From a virus (Duplodnaviria; Heunggongvirae; Uroviricota; Caudoviricetes), in the IMG/VR virus record IMGVR_UViG_3300016476_000987: 64,000 bases of DNA. The stretch is one strand, 5' to 3'. The notes beneath the pieces are model-generated. The model was given only the letters and a program-made list of their open reading frames with translations, was not told the DNA's origin and made no database searches. Within the stretch, counting starts at the first letter, position 1; every line of letters begins with the position of its first letter. Shown one piece after another: positions 1 to 9,753 of the stretch. A program made the position numbers and the translations under genes.

Positions 1-959
1 GAGAAATTTTTAGAGTTAATGATAATATACTTCCATCCGAATATAAAAATAAAGATGTAGGATTTATTGTTACTGGGATTAGTCAAGAAGTGATCAGATC
101 TGATTGGCACACTACTTTAACCACTCAGTTTTGTCTTTTAAATCAGAAGCAGAAAAATGACATTTCTTTAGAAAAATCTAAAGAGTTTTATGAAGGATTG
201 GCTCAATTTTATGAAACTTCCAAAATTACTACTTCTGCGGCTATAAAATTATACAATCTTCTTCTGGCTTTTATGGAAGATTTTTTTGCAGATAGGTATG
301 TTATTAAAAACATATTAGGGGATGCTACTTTAGACTACAAATCTAATGTTGCTCAAAATATTAAATCTGCTTTTAATCAAATAACGTCTTATGGTATAGG
401 AGGAGGAAATCTTGATACCTTTAAAAAAGAGTTTGGAAATCTTACTAAGCAAGGATGGAGTTCTTATAGAAATCCTAAAAATAGATTTGAAATCTCGTCT
501 ACATTAGATTCTGACTTTTCTACCGAGGTGATTCTTTCTGACTATCTTGCTTGGGATGCTTTATTAGTACAACAGGTAGGAGGGCCGGAACAAAGCGAAT
601 ATGTAAAGCAGCCTATAAAAAATAATATAAAGAGGTATCTAGATTACGTAGTAAAAAGCAGTTCATACTATAGAGAACTCAAATATAATAGTCAAGAAAT
701 AACTAATATGTTTGATTCTGTATACACCACGATTGTAAATAAATATACTAATCCAGATCAACGTGATTCTAGTACTACAATAATAGTCCCTCCTGCTTTT
801 ACCGGCCCTCTAACTGGTATTATTAGTAGTACAGGGGAAAGTTTTACAACAAAGTATCTAAACCCAGATAGCTTAGATCCACAGTTTCAAAAAATAATTC
901 CAGAAAAAATGTTTTTGGAAAAATCAATATACATAGATTTTAGCGTATTACCCGATTAA
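1..959 (+). CDS. hypothetical protein, probably 5'-truncated at window edge (listed start 90 is a GTG; frame stays open to position 3)
   Basis: Long ORF with no in-frame stop back to the window start; no recognisable motif. Confidence 0.45.
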   Translation, partial: EIFRVNDNILPSEYKNKDVGFIVTGISQEVIRSDWHTTLTTQFCLLNQKQKNDISLEKSKEFYEGLAQFYETSKITTSAAIKLYNLLLAFMEDFFADRYVIKNILGDATLDYKSNVAQNIKSAFNQITSYGIGGGNLDTFKKEFGNLTKQGWSSYRNPKNRFEISSTLDSDFSTEVILSDYLAWDALLVQQVGGPEQSEYVKQPIKNNIKRYLDYVVKSSSYYRELKYNSQEITNMFDSVYTTIVNKYTNPDQRDSSTTIIVPPAFTGPLTGIISSTGESFTTKYLNPDSLDPQFQKIIPEKMFLEKSIYIDFSVLPD

Positions 960-963
960 TAAT

Positions 964-1491
964 ATGTACTATCCATTATCAGAAATAACTCCAGATTTAT
1001 ATACAGAGGGATCGGAATTTATATATAAGGATAGCAGCGCTCCTTATGCAGGATACTATTTTTCTACTACAGACGGAAGGTTTTATACAGAGAGGACCTT
1101 ACTCCCTACTTCTAAAGAAATAGTAAAGAGTTTCAATACGTTACCTCAGGATACAACTAATCCGGAACATGTTATTCCTCAACCTTCAGAAGCAGACTAT
1201 CAAGCCGGATACATAACCAGGTATGTATGCAAAAGAGTTAATTCCGGTATAGAAACCATGAGGGAAATAAGTAAAGAGGAGTATAATAGGATAAAACGGG
1301 ATCCTCTTTATAATAATGTGGAATTTAAATGGGTTATTGTAGGAAATACATTAGACGATTTTAGCAATCCAAAAATTCCCGTATACGGAATTATTCGCAT
1401 AAATAAGATAACTGTGAATAACTTGGAGCCCAAAATGCCAGGGATTAGCCAATTTTTTAAGAATTACGCAGAATTCGCCAAAGACCCTTAA
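964..1491 (+). CDS. hypothetical protein
   Basis: ORF tightly packed after previous gene (4-nt gap); no motif recognised. Confidence 0.45.
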   Translation: MYYPLSEITPDLYTEGSEFIYKDSSAPYAGYYFSTTDGRFYTERTLLPTSKEIVKSFNTLPQDTTNPEHVIPQPSEADYQAGYITRYVCKRVNSGIETMREISKEEYNRIKRDPLYNNVEFKWVIVGNTLDDFSNPKIPVYGIIRINKITVNNLEPKMPGISQFFKNYAEFAKDP

Positions 1492-1514
1492 CTTTGCTTC
1501 AAAGGTTGTGAAGC

Positions 1515-2852
1515 ATGTATTACATAGTAGAGACTCAAGAACAGCTAAAAAAGTTCAAGAGTTATGATTTTTCTAGATGTATAGTAGATGTTGTAACCAA
1601 TAATGATCATTGGCACCTACTATTATCTCACGTATCCTTGGTGTATATTCGTCCCTTTAGGTCTAGAGCCGGATTTATCATCCCCATAAACCATAGTGAA
1701 TCTACCGGACTAGAGTATTCTGATATAGAGCCTATCATATCGCAGCAAATAGGCCAAATTTACGCTATAGATGCTAAAAGGCTTAGGTACTTTTTTAAAA
1801 GAAAGAAGGCCTTATTTTGCCTTAAAACGGCTTATTATTTGAAAGAGGGCCAAGCTTTTAACGAGAATAATCATGACACGTCTGCTCATAGGTTTTTTAT
1901 GTCTAAGTATGAAGACTATGAAGACATAAATACTATAGTGCCTATAGCAAAACACTATGAGAAATTAGAAGCGATATCTGCGCAACTAAAGAAACACGTA
2001 GCTGTTATAGATGAGCCCTATTACGATTTATACGCAGATGCAGCAATCAAAGTTTTCTCTACTATAGAAAAGTCCGGAGTTCCTACAGATCAAAAAGAGT
2101 TTGAAGCCAATTTTTCTTTAAAAGTACCGGCAGCTTCTTATTACAAAGAGAGGGTTTATACTTCGTATAATCTCTACACTGCTACTGGGAGGCCTTCTAA
2201 TTCTTTCAATGGAGTTAACTTTGCGGCTTTAAATAAAGAAAACAACTCTAGAAAATCTTTTGTAGCTAAGAATGACTACTTTGTAGAGTTTGATTACTCC
2301 TCTTACCACTTAAAAATACTTTGTAAACTTATTAACTATGAATTTCAAGACGAAGACATACATACTCATATTGCAAAGTTTTACTTTGAAAAAGATACAA
2401 TATCTGAAAAAGAGTACATCGAAGGGAAGCAGCTAACTTTTAAATTGCTATATACAGAGTCTAACATTAAAGAAGTAGACAAGATTCCGTTTTTTACTAA
2501 AGTTAGAGAGTTTAAACATTCTCTATGGGAAAAGTATAAAATAGATAAGTATATTCCAAGCCTTAGATCCGGTAGACCCCTCAAGAATATAGATAGCATT
2601 ACTCAGATACTTCCTTACATACTACAGAATTATGAAACGGAAAGAAATATAGAAGTTCTTCAGAAAATAATCTCTTACCTAAGAGGAAAAAAGACCAAGC
2701 TAATTCTATATTGTTACGATTCTTTTCTTTTTGATTACTCAAAAGAGGACGGTAAGGATATTTTATGTAATATTGCAGAAATACTTGAAGAAGAAGGCTA
2801 TAATACTTCTTTTAAGTACGGAAAGAATTACCAAGATTTAAAACAGATTTAA
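1515..2852 (+). CDS. divergent family A (PolA-like) DNA polymerase palm/fingers domain protein, no exonuclease domain
   Basis: TATGRPSNSFNGVNFAAL resembles Pol I TGRLSSxxPNLQNIP; FDYSSYHLKIL resembles motif A DYSQIELR; KQLTFKLLYTE resembles motif B K..NFG..YG; YCYDSFLFD resembles motif C VHDELVFE. Confidence 0.6.
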   Translation: MYYIVETQEQLKKFKSYDFSRCIVDVVTNNDHWHLLLSHVSLVYIRPFRSRAGFIIPINHSESTGLEYSDIEPIISQQIGQIYAIDAKRLRYFFKRKKALFCLKTAYYLKEGQAFNENNHDTSAHRFFMSKYEDYEDINTIVPIAKHYEKLEAISAQLKKHVAVIDEPYYDLYADAAIKVFSTIEKSGVPTDQKEFEANFSLKVPAASYYKERVYTSYNLYTATGRPSNSFNGVNFAALNKENNSRKSFVAKNDYFVEFDYSSYHLKILCKLINYEFQDEDIHTHIAKFYFEKDTISEKEYIEGKQLTFKLLYTESNIKEVDKIPFFTKVREFKHSLWEKYKIDKYIPSLRSGRPLKNIDSITQILPYILQNYETERNIEVLQKIISYLRGKKTKLILYCYDSFLFDYSKEDGKDILCNIAEILEEEGYNTSFKYGKNYQDLKQI

Positions 2853-2881
2853 TTTTTTTATTGTTTAATTGATATTTATAT

Positions 2882-3310
2882 ATGTTATACGATGAAATAG
2901 ATGTTATAATTGACGATCAATTGAACAAACTTTTTTGTACATTTACGCAGAAGGATGATTTAGAAGAGACGATTACTAAAATCGGCTCAATGTATTCGGT
3001 TATTTATTCTAAAATTTTTGTTTTGGAGATCGCCGATAGCAGCGAATTTGTATGTACATATAATATTGAATCGGAAAACACAGATCGCTCCAAGATTATT
3101 CCTGGAACTATTCTGATGCATCGTAGAAAAGAGACTGATACCCTCTACACAATTAATTCTTTAAACCTTCTCATTGCCAGCCTAAATAATGGAGTAGTTG
3201 ATAAGACATTCAAAATCAACTGGTCCGATTATAGAAATAGTATCCTCCTCACCAGAGCTGGCCAATTCACCCAACTGAACACAAAAGTCCACAAGATTAT
3301 TGCTCTCTAA
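2882..3310 (+). CDS. hypothetical protein
   Basis: ORF only. Confidence 0.4.
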   Translation: MLYDEIDVIIDDQLNKLFCTFTQKDDLEETITKIGSMYSVIYSKIFVLEIADSSEFVCTYNIESENTDRSKIIPGTILMHRRKETDTLYTINSLNLLIASLNNGVVDKTFKINWSDYRNSILLTRAGQFTQLNTKVHKIIAL

Positions 3311-3347
3311 GAGAGAAAAAATATTTTGCTATTCCAAACTGCTTTCT

Positions 3348-3355
3348 TATTTTTG
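3348..3355 (+). promoter_or_regulatory. candidate Bacteroidetes-type -7 promoter element TAttTTTG upstream of SSB gene
   Basis: TTATTTTTG matches TAnnTTTG, 23 nt upstream of ATG at 3379. Confidence 0.25.
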
Positions 3356-3378
3356 TAAACACTTAAAATTTAAATGCC

Positions 3379-4221
3379 ATGTCAAACATTGATTTGATCA
3401 AACAGCGCCTTCAGAAATTGCAATCGAAAACCTCAGACAGCAGCTCTCAGGTTGATTACTCCAAGATCTTTTGGAAACCGAAGTTGGGAACACAGATTGT
3501 TCGTATTGTTCCCCGTAAAGAAAACAGGGATTACCCCTTTGTAGAAGTTTCCTTCCATCAGTACAATGTCTTCAAAAAGAGCGTCTATTGCCTGGATGTT
3601 TTCGGAGAAGAGGATCCGGTGCTTCAATATCGGAAAGAGTTGTACAACGAAGGTACTCCAGAAGCCAAAGATCTGGCTAAAAAGATCGCCCCCCGCACTA
3701 AGTATTTTGCACAAGTAGTAGTAAGAGGAGAAGAGGACATGGGGACTCGTCTCTGGGAATTTAACAAGACTACTTACGAAAAGCTTCTTAGCATTATGGC
3801 TAACGAAGACTTTGGTGATGTTACAGACATTATTGATGGTACTGATCTTACGATTGAAGGGTATAAGGATACTGTTGCAATCGGAAAAAAGAATGTAGAG
3901 TACATCGCTGTAAACGTCACTCCTAAAAGAAGGACCTCTCCTCTTTCGGAAAATGCAGAACAAGCTAAGTCTTTCCTTGAAAATCAAAACAACATTCTTG
4001 AAGTCTATAAGAAGTTTACTTATGACGAAATCAAGACTATGTTGAAGAACTATCTTGTTCCGAAAGAAGACTCCGCTGAAGAACCTGTCGCTTCTGTCTC
4101 CGTAGCTGCTCCTGCTAAAGCATCGGCTATCATGGATGACGAAGATGATGAGCCTCCATTTCCGGTAGTAAAGAAGCAGTCCACTGCTCAGAAGTTTAAC
4201 GATATTTTTGACGAAGAGTAA
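3379..4221 (+). CDS. single-stranded DNA-binding protein, T4 gp32-like, with acidic C-terminal tail
   Basis: N-terminal region (FWKPKLGTQIVRIVPRKENRDYPFVEVSFHQYNV) resembles gp32 ([21 protein letters not shown]...); C-terminus DDEDDEPPF...DIFDEE acidic tail; sits between replication genes. Confidence 0.6.
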   Translation: MSNIDLIKQRLQKLQSKTSDSSSQVDYSKIFWKPKLGTQIVRIVPRKENRDYPFVEVSFHQYNVFKKSVYCLDVFGEEDPVLQYRKELYNEGTPEAKDLAKKIAPRTKYFAQVVVRGEEDMGTRLWEFNKTTYEKLLSIMANEDFGDVTDIIDGTDLTIEGYKDTVAIGKKNVEYIAVNVTPKRRTSPLSENAEQAKSFLENQNNILEVYKKFTYDEIKTMLKNYLVPKEDSAEEPVASVSVAAPAKASAIMDDEDDEPPFPVVKKQSTAQKFNDIFDEE

Positions 4222-4232
4222 TCTCTAAACTT

Positions 4233-5336
4233 ATGGATGAAAAAAGAAGTGCAAAGAGCGGTCTAACAGCCGCTCTTTCTAAGAAGTCTAGTGCCTTTAG
4301 CCTAGATAATTTTAAGAAATCCAAAAACCTCACAGAAGGGTCTAAGTTTAAAAAGCAAGAGTGGATTCCTCTGTCTCCTGCTTTTAATTCTGCGATTGGA
4401 TTTCCAGGACTGCCTAAAGGACATATTACAGTAATTAGGGGCCATAGCGATACCGGTAAGACTACCGCTATGATTGAGACTGCAATCTCTGCTCAAAAAA
4501 TGGGCCTTCTTCCTGTATTCATTATTACAGAAATGAAATGGTCTTTTGAGCATGCCAAAGAAATGGGATTTGAAGTAGAAGCTATTCCGGATCCTGAGAC
4601 TGGAGAAGTTACCTACACTGGAGAGTTTCTCTACATAGACAGGTCTTCTTTGAATGTGATCGAAGATGTCTCTTCCTTTATCATTGATATTCTCAATGAA
4701 CAGAAAAAAGGAAACCTTCCTTACGATCTTGTATTCTTGTGGGACTCTGCCGGTTCTATCCCTTCTGCTCAATCAGTAGAAGCCAAGAAGAACAACGCTA
4801 TGTGGAATGCAGCAGCAATGTCTATTCAGTTTTCCAACTTTGTTAACCAGGAGTTTTCAATGTCTAGGAAGGCTAGTAGTCAATACACAAACACTTTCAT
4901 TGTCGTAAACAAGGTCAGAGTAGAATATCCGGTGTCAAATCCGATGGAGAAGCCTAAGCTTAGAAACAAAGGAGGCGATGTCATGTATTGGGATGCTACT
5001 CTTGTGATTACCTTCGGTAACATTACTAACTCTGGCGTGTCCAAAGTAGAGGCTACAAAGGATAAAAAGACGGTAGTGTTTGCCAAGAGGACTAAAGTTT
5101 CTGTTGATAAAAACCACATGACAGAATCAAATACCTCTTCTAGGATAGTTATGACAGCTCATGGCTTCATTGAAGACACTCCAACTGCTATTGAGAAGTA
5201 CAAAAAAGAGCATAGGCATGAGTGGCTTAAAGTTCTTGGAGAAGGAGACTTCGATGTGGTATTTGAGCCCGACATGCAGGAGGATATGAAACCCAGGTAC
5301 GAGAATGTTATTGATGATGAAATAGGAGATGAGTAA
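4233..5336 (+). CDS. RecA/UvsX-family recombinase
   Basis: FPGLPKGHITVIRGHSDTGKTT Walker A in RecA-like context; LVFLWDSAGS Walker B-like; position after SSB as in T4. Confidence 0.6.
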   Translation: MDEKRSAKSGLTAALSKKSSAFSLDNFKKSKNLTEGSKFKKQEWIPLSPAFNSAIGFPGLPKGHITVIRGHSDTGKTTAMIETAISAQKMGLLPVFIITEMKWSFEHAKEMGFEVEAIPDPETGEVTYTGEFLYIDRSSLNVIEDVSSFIIDILNEQKKGNLPYDLVFLWDSAGSIPSAQSVEAKKNNAMWNAAAMSIQFSNFVNQEFSMSRKASSQYTNTFIVVNKVRVEYPVSNPMEKPKLRNKGGDVMYWDATLVITFGNITNSGVSKVEATKDKKTVVFAKRTKVSVDKNHMTESNTSSRIVMTAHGFIEDTPTAIEKYKKEHRHEWLKVLGEGDFDVVFEPDMQEDMKPRYENVIDDEIGDE

Positions 5337-6372
5337 CAGACTATTGGACATATTCTCTAAAGTCCAAAAAACAGAGAGACCTGCTAACATCCATGCTAAT
5401 AGCAGAGTGTTGATTGTGGATGGAATGAACACATTCTTGCGCAGTTTTGCAGTTGTTAATAGACTTAACCTTTTGGGTCATGAAATTGGAGGGTTAGTAG
5501 GTTTCTTTAAGTCTGTAGGTTCTGCTATAAAAACTATTAACCCGACCCGTGTTATCCTCGTTTTTGACGGGGAGGCCGGGTCGGCTAATAGGCGGTATCT
5601 TTATCCTGAGTACAAAGGAAATAGGCAGCATAATAGAATAATGAACAAAGTTCTATATCAAGATAGAGCTGTTGAGGATGATTCTAAGTATGAGCAATTA
5701 GTTCGTTTGGTAGACTACTTAGAGTATCTTCCGCTGCTAACTATTTCTTTAGACAATTTAGAAGCTGATGACATTATAGGCAATCTAGCATCTTTATCCT
5801 ACAATGGATTTTCTGATAGTGAGACTTATATCATGTCTTCAGACAATGACTTCATGCAGCTAGTAAATGATCGGGTTAGAGTGTATAGCCCTATAAAGAA
5901 AAAGATATATCAAGTAGATCATGTCCTTTCTGATTTTGGCGTACACCCAAATAATTTTGTTATTTACAAAGCTTTGATTGGAGATACTTCAGATAATGTT
6001 CCTGGCGTACAAGGAATAGGAGAGAAAAATGCTCCTAAGTTGTTTGAGTTCCTTTCTCAAAGCGATAGAAAAGACTTGGATTATTTATTTGAAGTATGTG
6101 CTAACCCTCCTAAAAAGTCTGTGCTTTATGATAGAGTACTGAATGTAAACAAAAATGTTGATATTTTTTATAGGATCATGGACCTAGTAAATCCTAATAT
6201 TTCAGATGAGTACAAAGAACTAATTAAAACAAAGTTTTATGATCCAATCCCCGAATTTAAAAAGCATGAGTTCATAAAGTTGTATAATTATGATAGAATG
6301 GGAGATGCTATCCCTAATTTGGATAGCTGGTTAAATGTTTTTATACCTTTGAATAATTATAGGCAGTTATGA
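5329..6372 (+). CDS. 5'-3' exonuclease / flap endonuclease (T4 RNase H / Pol I 5' nuclease family)
   Basis: LIVDGMNTFLRSF, FDGEAGS, YKGNRQ, and helix-hairpin-helix motif IGDTSDNVPGVQGIGEKNAPKL. Confidence 0.85.
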   Translation: MSNRLLDIFSKVQKTERPANIHANSRVLIVDGMNTFLRSFAVVNRLNLLGHEIGGLVGFFKSVGSAIKTINPTRVILVFDGEAGSANRRYLYPEYKGNRQHNRIMNKVLYQDRAVEDDSKYEQLVRLVDYLEYLPLLTISLDNLEADDIIGNLASLSYNGFSDSETYIMSSDNDFMQLVNDRVRVYSPIKKKIYQVDHVLSDFGVHPNNFVIYKALIGDTSDNVPGVQGIGEKNAPKLFEFLSQSDRKDLDYLFEVCANPPKKSVLYDRVLNVNKNVDIFYRIMDLVNPNISDEYKELIKTKFYDPIPEFKKHEFIKLYNYDRMGDAIPNLDSWLNVFIPLNNYRQL

Positions 6373-7718
6373 CAGCAAATAAGCTAAATCAGTACGGTTA
6401 TTCTTTTCAGTTAAAAGTTCTCTATTCTCTACTAAACGACAAGCCCTTTCTTCAAAACATCTCAGATGTAATACAAGTAGAGTTTTTTGAGTCTCCGGCT
6501 CACAAATGGATTGTTACTACGATACTTGAATATTATTCCAAGTATCACACTTTCCCCACAATGGAAGTGGTTAAGATCGAAATGATGAAAGAACAGAACG
6601 AAGTTCTTCGTCTTTCGATTAAAGAGGAGCTAAAACACATATACACTACCGCTCACGATGAAATTGAGTACGTAAAAGAGGAGTTTTTTAATTTCTGTAA
6701 GAACCAAAGACTTAGGGATGCTCTTCTTACTTCCGTAGATCTTCTTAAAGGAGGAGAATACGAAGGTATCCGAAAGATCATTGATGAAGCTCTCAAAGCC
6801 GGTAATGATAAACAAATCGGACATGAGTATGAAAAAGATATTGAGTCTAGATTTAGAGAAGAAGAAGATAAAAAGATTCCTTTTCCTTGGAAGGCTTTTA
6901 ATGATGCTACCGATGGGGGAATTGGATCTGGTAATCTTATGCTTCTATTTGCTCCTCCTGGCATAGGAAAGTCCACAGTGGTTTGTAATATCGCTGCCCA
7001 TGTATTGAAAATTGGATATAAAGTAGTCTACTATACTTTGGAATTGGATGAAAGGTACGTAGGTAAAAAGATAGACTCTATTCTTACCGGTATTGATGTT
7101 AAAAACCTAAAGCATCACCGTAAAGAAGTAGAAAAAGCAGTAAAAGATCTTAAAGGCCGGATTGTAATCAAGGAGTACTCTCCTAATCGTGCTTCTCTTG
7201 ACACTATAGAATCTCACCTGAGGCAATTAGAGGCCAATAGCGACTTCGTTCCGGATATAGTTATCATTGACTACCCTGACCTTTTAAGGCCCAGGAAGAT
7301 AAGGAAAGCGACCATAGAAGAGATTGATGACATCTATGTGGATGTTAAAGGTCTTGCTAAAGACTTAAAGATTCCCGTAGTAGCACCTTCCCAGATTAAC
7401 AGGATGGGAGCAAGGGATGAAATCATCGAAGGAGATAAAGTAGCCGGTAGTTTTAGTAAGATGATGATTGCAGATCTCAGCATCTCTCTTTCTAGAAAAA
7501 GAAAAGACAAACTTAACGGTACCGGTCGATTTCACTTTATGAAATCCCGTCTTGGGCCCGATGGTATGACCTATGAGGCAAAGATTGATCTCAATAAAGG
7601 TTATATCGAAGTATCAGAGGAACTGTATGATGAAGCTTCAGGAGATTCAGATGGAGGGAATGGGGATTTTTCAGCTGATGAACTAGACAAATTGAAGAAC
7701 AAGTTTCTAAAAGGATAA
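6369..7718 (+). CDS. replicative DNA helicase, DnaB/gp41 family
   Basis: Walker A LLFAPPGIGKSTVV, Walker B IVIIDYPDLL, DnaB-like C-terminal RecA fold motifs (SQINR). Confidence 0.85.
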   Translation: MTANKLNQYGYSFQLKVLYSLLNDKPFLQNISDVIQVEFFESPAHKWIVTTILEYYSKYHTFPTMEVVKIEMMKEQNEVLRLSIKEELKHIYTTAHDEIEYVKEEFFNFCKNQRLRDALLTSVDLLKGGEYEGIRKIIDEALKAGNDKQIGHEYEKDIESRFREEEDKKIPFPWKAFNDATDGGIGSGNLMLLFAPPGIGKSTVVCNIAAHVLKIGYKVVYYTLELDERYVGKKIDSILTGIDVKNLKHHRKEVEKAVKDLKGRIVIKEYSPNRASLDTIESHLRQLEANSDFVPDIVIIDYPDLLRPRKIRKATIEEIDDIYVDVKGLAKDLKIPVVAPSQINRMGARDEIIEGDKVAGSFSKMMIADLSISLSRKRKDKLNGTGRFHFMKSRLGPDGMTYEAKIDLNKGYIEVSEELYDEASGDSDGGNGDFSADELDKLKNKFLKG

Positions 7719-7737
7719 GAGTCCTATAAGTATCATA

Positions 7738-7793
7738 TATACCGTATAAAAAATCCGGGCAATTACAGAAATTTTCTTTTTTATATACGGTAT
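7738..7793 (+). terminator. long imperfect inverted repeat (ATACCGTATAAAAAAT ... TTTTTTATATACGGTAT) followed by T-rich tract; terminator-like hairpin after helicase gene
   Basis: Inverted repeat read directly; ~21-nt loop; followed by TTTATTCTT. Confidence 0.4.
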
Positions 7794-7810
7794 TTATTCT
7801 TGCCTCCCAT

Positions 7811-7818
7811 TAATTTTG
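7811..7818 (+). promoter_or_regulatory. candidate Bacteroidetes-type -7 promoter element TAATTTTG upstream of RNR gene
   Basis: Matches TAnnTTTG, 31 nt upstream of ATG at 7849. Confidence 0.25.
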
Positions 7819-7848
7819 TAACTCCAATTAATAAAAATACACTCTATT

Positions 7849-9753
7849 ATGAAAGATTTAGGGCTTGAAGCGTTGTCTAGGATCACAATTTTTTCCAAAT
7901 ATGCGAAATACATTCCGGAACTACAGAGGAGAGAGACCTGGGATGAGATTGTAGATCGTTACGAAAGCATGCTAGTAAAGAAATTCCCGAACTTACAGTT
8001 GGCTATTGTAGAAAATGCCAAATTTATTCGGGACAAAAAAATACTCCCTTCTATGAGGGCCTTGCAGTTTGCTGGTCCAGCTATGGAGGTGAATAATGCT
8101 AGAGGATACAACTGTTGCTACCTTCCTATTGATAGCATTCACGGGTTTAGTGAGACTATGTTCCTGTTATTGGGAGGTACCGGTGTAGGATATTCTGTAC
8201 AAAAGCATCATGTAGCCCAGCTTCCTGAAGTTAAAAAACCCGGAAAAGCTAGGAACTATCTGATCGAAGACAGTATTATGGGATGGGCCGATGCTGTAAA
8301 AGTGCTTATGAAAGCATATCTTGAAGGATCTTTTATGCCTAAGTTTGACTTTAGAGCTATTAGGCACAAAGGAGCACGTCTTATTACTGCTGGAGGTAAA
8401 GCTCCTGGTCCTGAGCCGTTGAAAATTTGTCTTACTCACATTCAGGCTATCTTAGATAGGAAAGAAGAAGGAGAGGCTTTGTCTCCCCTGGAGTGTCATG
8501 ACATTCTTTGTCACATTGCAAATAGCGTTCTATCCGGAGGAATCAGGAGATCAGCTATGATCGCTCTGTTTAGCCATGATGATGAGGAGATGATTACTTG
8601 TAAATATGGTAACTGGTGGGAACTCAATGAACAAAGAGGAAGAGCTAATAACTCTGCTGTTCTTAAAAGAGGAGAAGTAGAAGCTCAGGAATTTTTTGAT
8701 CTTTGGAAAAGAATCGAACTTAGCAACAGCGGAGAGCCTGGTATTTACTGGACTAACAATCTTGAATGGGGAACTAATCCATGCTGCGAGATCGCCCTTC
8801 GTCCCTATCAGTTCTGTAACCTTTGTGAAGTAAATGTTAGCGATGTTACTAGTCAACATGATTTAAACGAGAGAGTAGCAAAAGCGGCATTCTTCGGCAC
8901 ACTACAAGCTAGCTTTACAGACTTCCATTATCTTCGTCCTATCTGGCAAAAAACCACACAAAAGGATGCTCTATTAGGTATTGGTATGACCGGCATTGGT
9001 AGTGGAGAAATTTTGAAATATGATCTAGAAGAAGCGGCTAGTATAGGAATTTCTATAAATAAAGAAACAAGTGATGCTATAGGTACTAACCCAGCCGCTA
9101 GGGTTACTTGCATAAAGCCTTCAGGCACAACGAGTTTGGTATTGGGAACTGCTAGCGGTATCCACGCTTGGCATAATGATTACTATCTTCGCACTATGAG
9201 GTTTAACAAGAACGAAGACTTGGCTGCTTACCTTATGGTAAACCATCCTGAGCTTTGTGAAGATGACCAACTGAGACCTCATGACACTGTATGTGTAAGA
9301 ATTCCTGTTAAGGCTCCTGAAGGTTCTATATTCAGAACAGAGACAGCTATTGATACATTAGAGCGTGTTAAGAAGTTCTCTGTAGAATGGATTAAGGCAG
9401 GACATGTCAATGGAGACAACACACACAACGTAAGTGCTACAATTTCTATTGATAAGAGTAGAATGTATCCCTTCCATGTAGAAAACGGTGAAGTATGGGA
9501 AAGAGATGAGTGGGAAGAAGTAGGTATGTGGATGTGGAACAATAGAGAATTCTATAATGGTCTGTCTGTACTCCCCTACTTTGGAGGCTCATTTGTACAA
9601 GCTCCTTTTGAAGACATCAGCAAGGAAGAGTACGAAACCCGGATTCAGGCTGTCAAAGAAATCGATCTTACTAAAGTATTAGAGCTGGACGATACTGTAG
9701 ACTTTGGAGCTATTGCAGCTTGTGCCGGGGGTCAATGCGAAGTAAATATCTAA
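7849..9753 (+). CDS. ribonucleotide reductase catalytic (large) subunit; no ATP cone, no adjacent small subunit gene (class II NrdJ-like possible)
   Basis: Active-site NPCCEIAL (compare NxCxE of RNRs); C-terminal CAGGQC (CxxxxC redox pair as in NrdA tail); 634 aa. Confidence 0.8.
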   Translation: MKDLGLEALSRITIFSKYAKYIPELQRRETWDEIVDRYESMLVKKFPNLQLAIVENAKFIRDKKILPSMRALQFAGPAMEVNNARGYNCCYLPIDSIHGFSETMFLLLGGTGVGYSVQKHHVAQLPEVKKPGKARNYLIEDSIMGWADAVKVLMKAYLEGSFMPKFDFRAIRHKGARLITAGGKAPGPEPLKICLTHIQAILDRKEEGEALSPLECHDILCHIANSVLSGGIRRSAMIALFSHDDEEMITCKYGNWWELNEQRGRANNSAVLKRGEVEAQEFFDLWKRIELSNSGEPGIYWTNNLEWGTNPCCEIALRPYQFCNLCEVNVSDVTSQHDLNERVAKAAFFGTLQASFTDFHYLRPIWQKTTQKDALLGIGMTGIGSGEILKYDLEEAASIGISINKETSDAIGTNPAARVTCIKPSGTTSLVLGTASGIHAWHNDYYLRTMRFNKNEDLAAYLMVNHPELCEDDQLRPHDTVCVRIPVKAPEGSIFRTETAIDTLERVKKFSVEWIKAGHVNGDNTHNVSATISIDKSRMYPFHVENGEVWERDEWEEVGMWMWNNREFYNGLSVLPYFGGSFVQAPFEDISKEEYETRIQAVKEIDLTKVLELDDTVDFGAIAACAGGQCEVNI

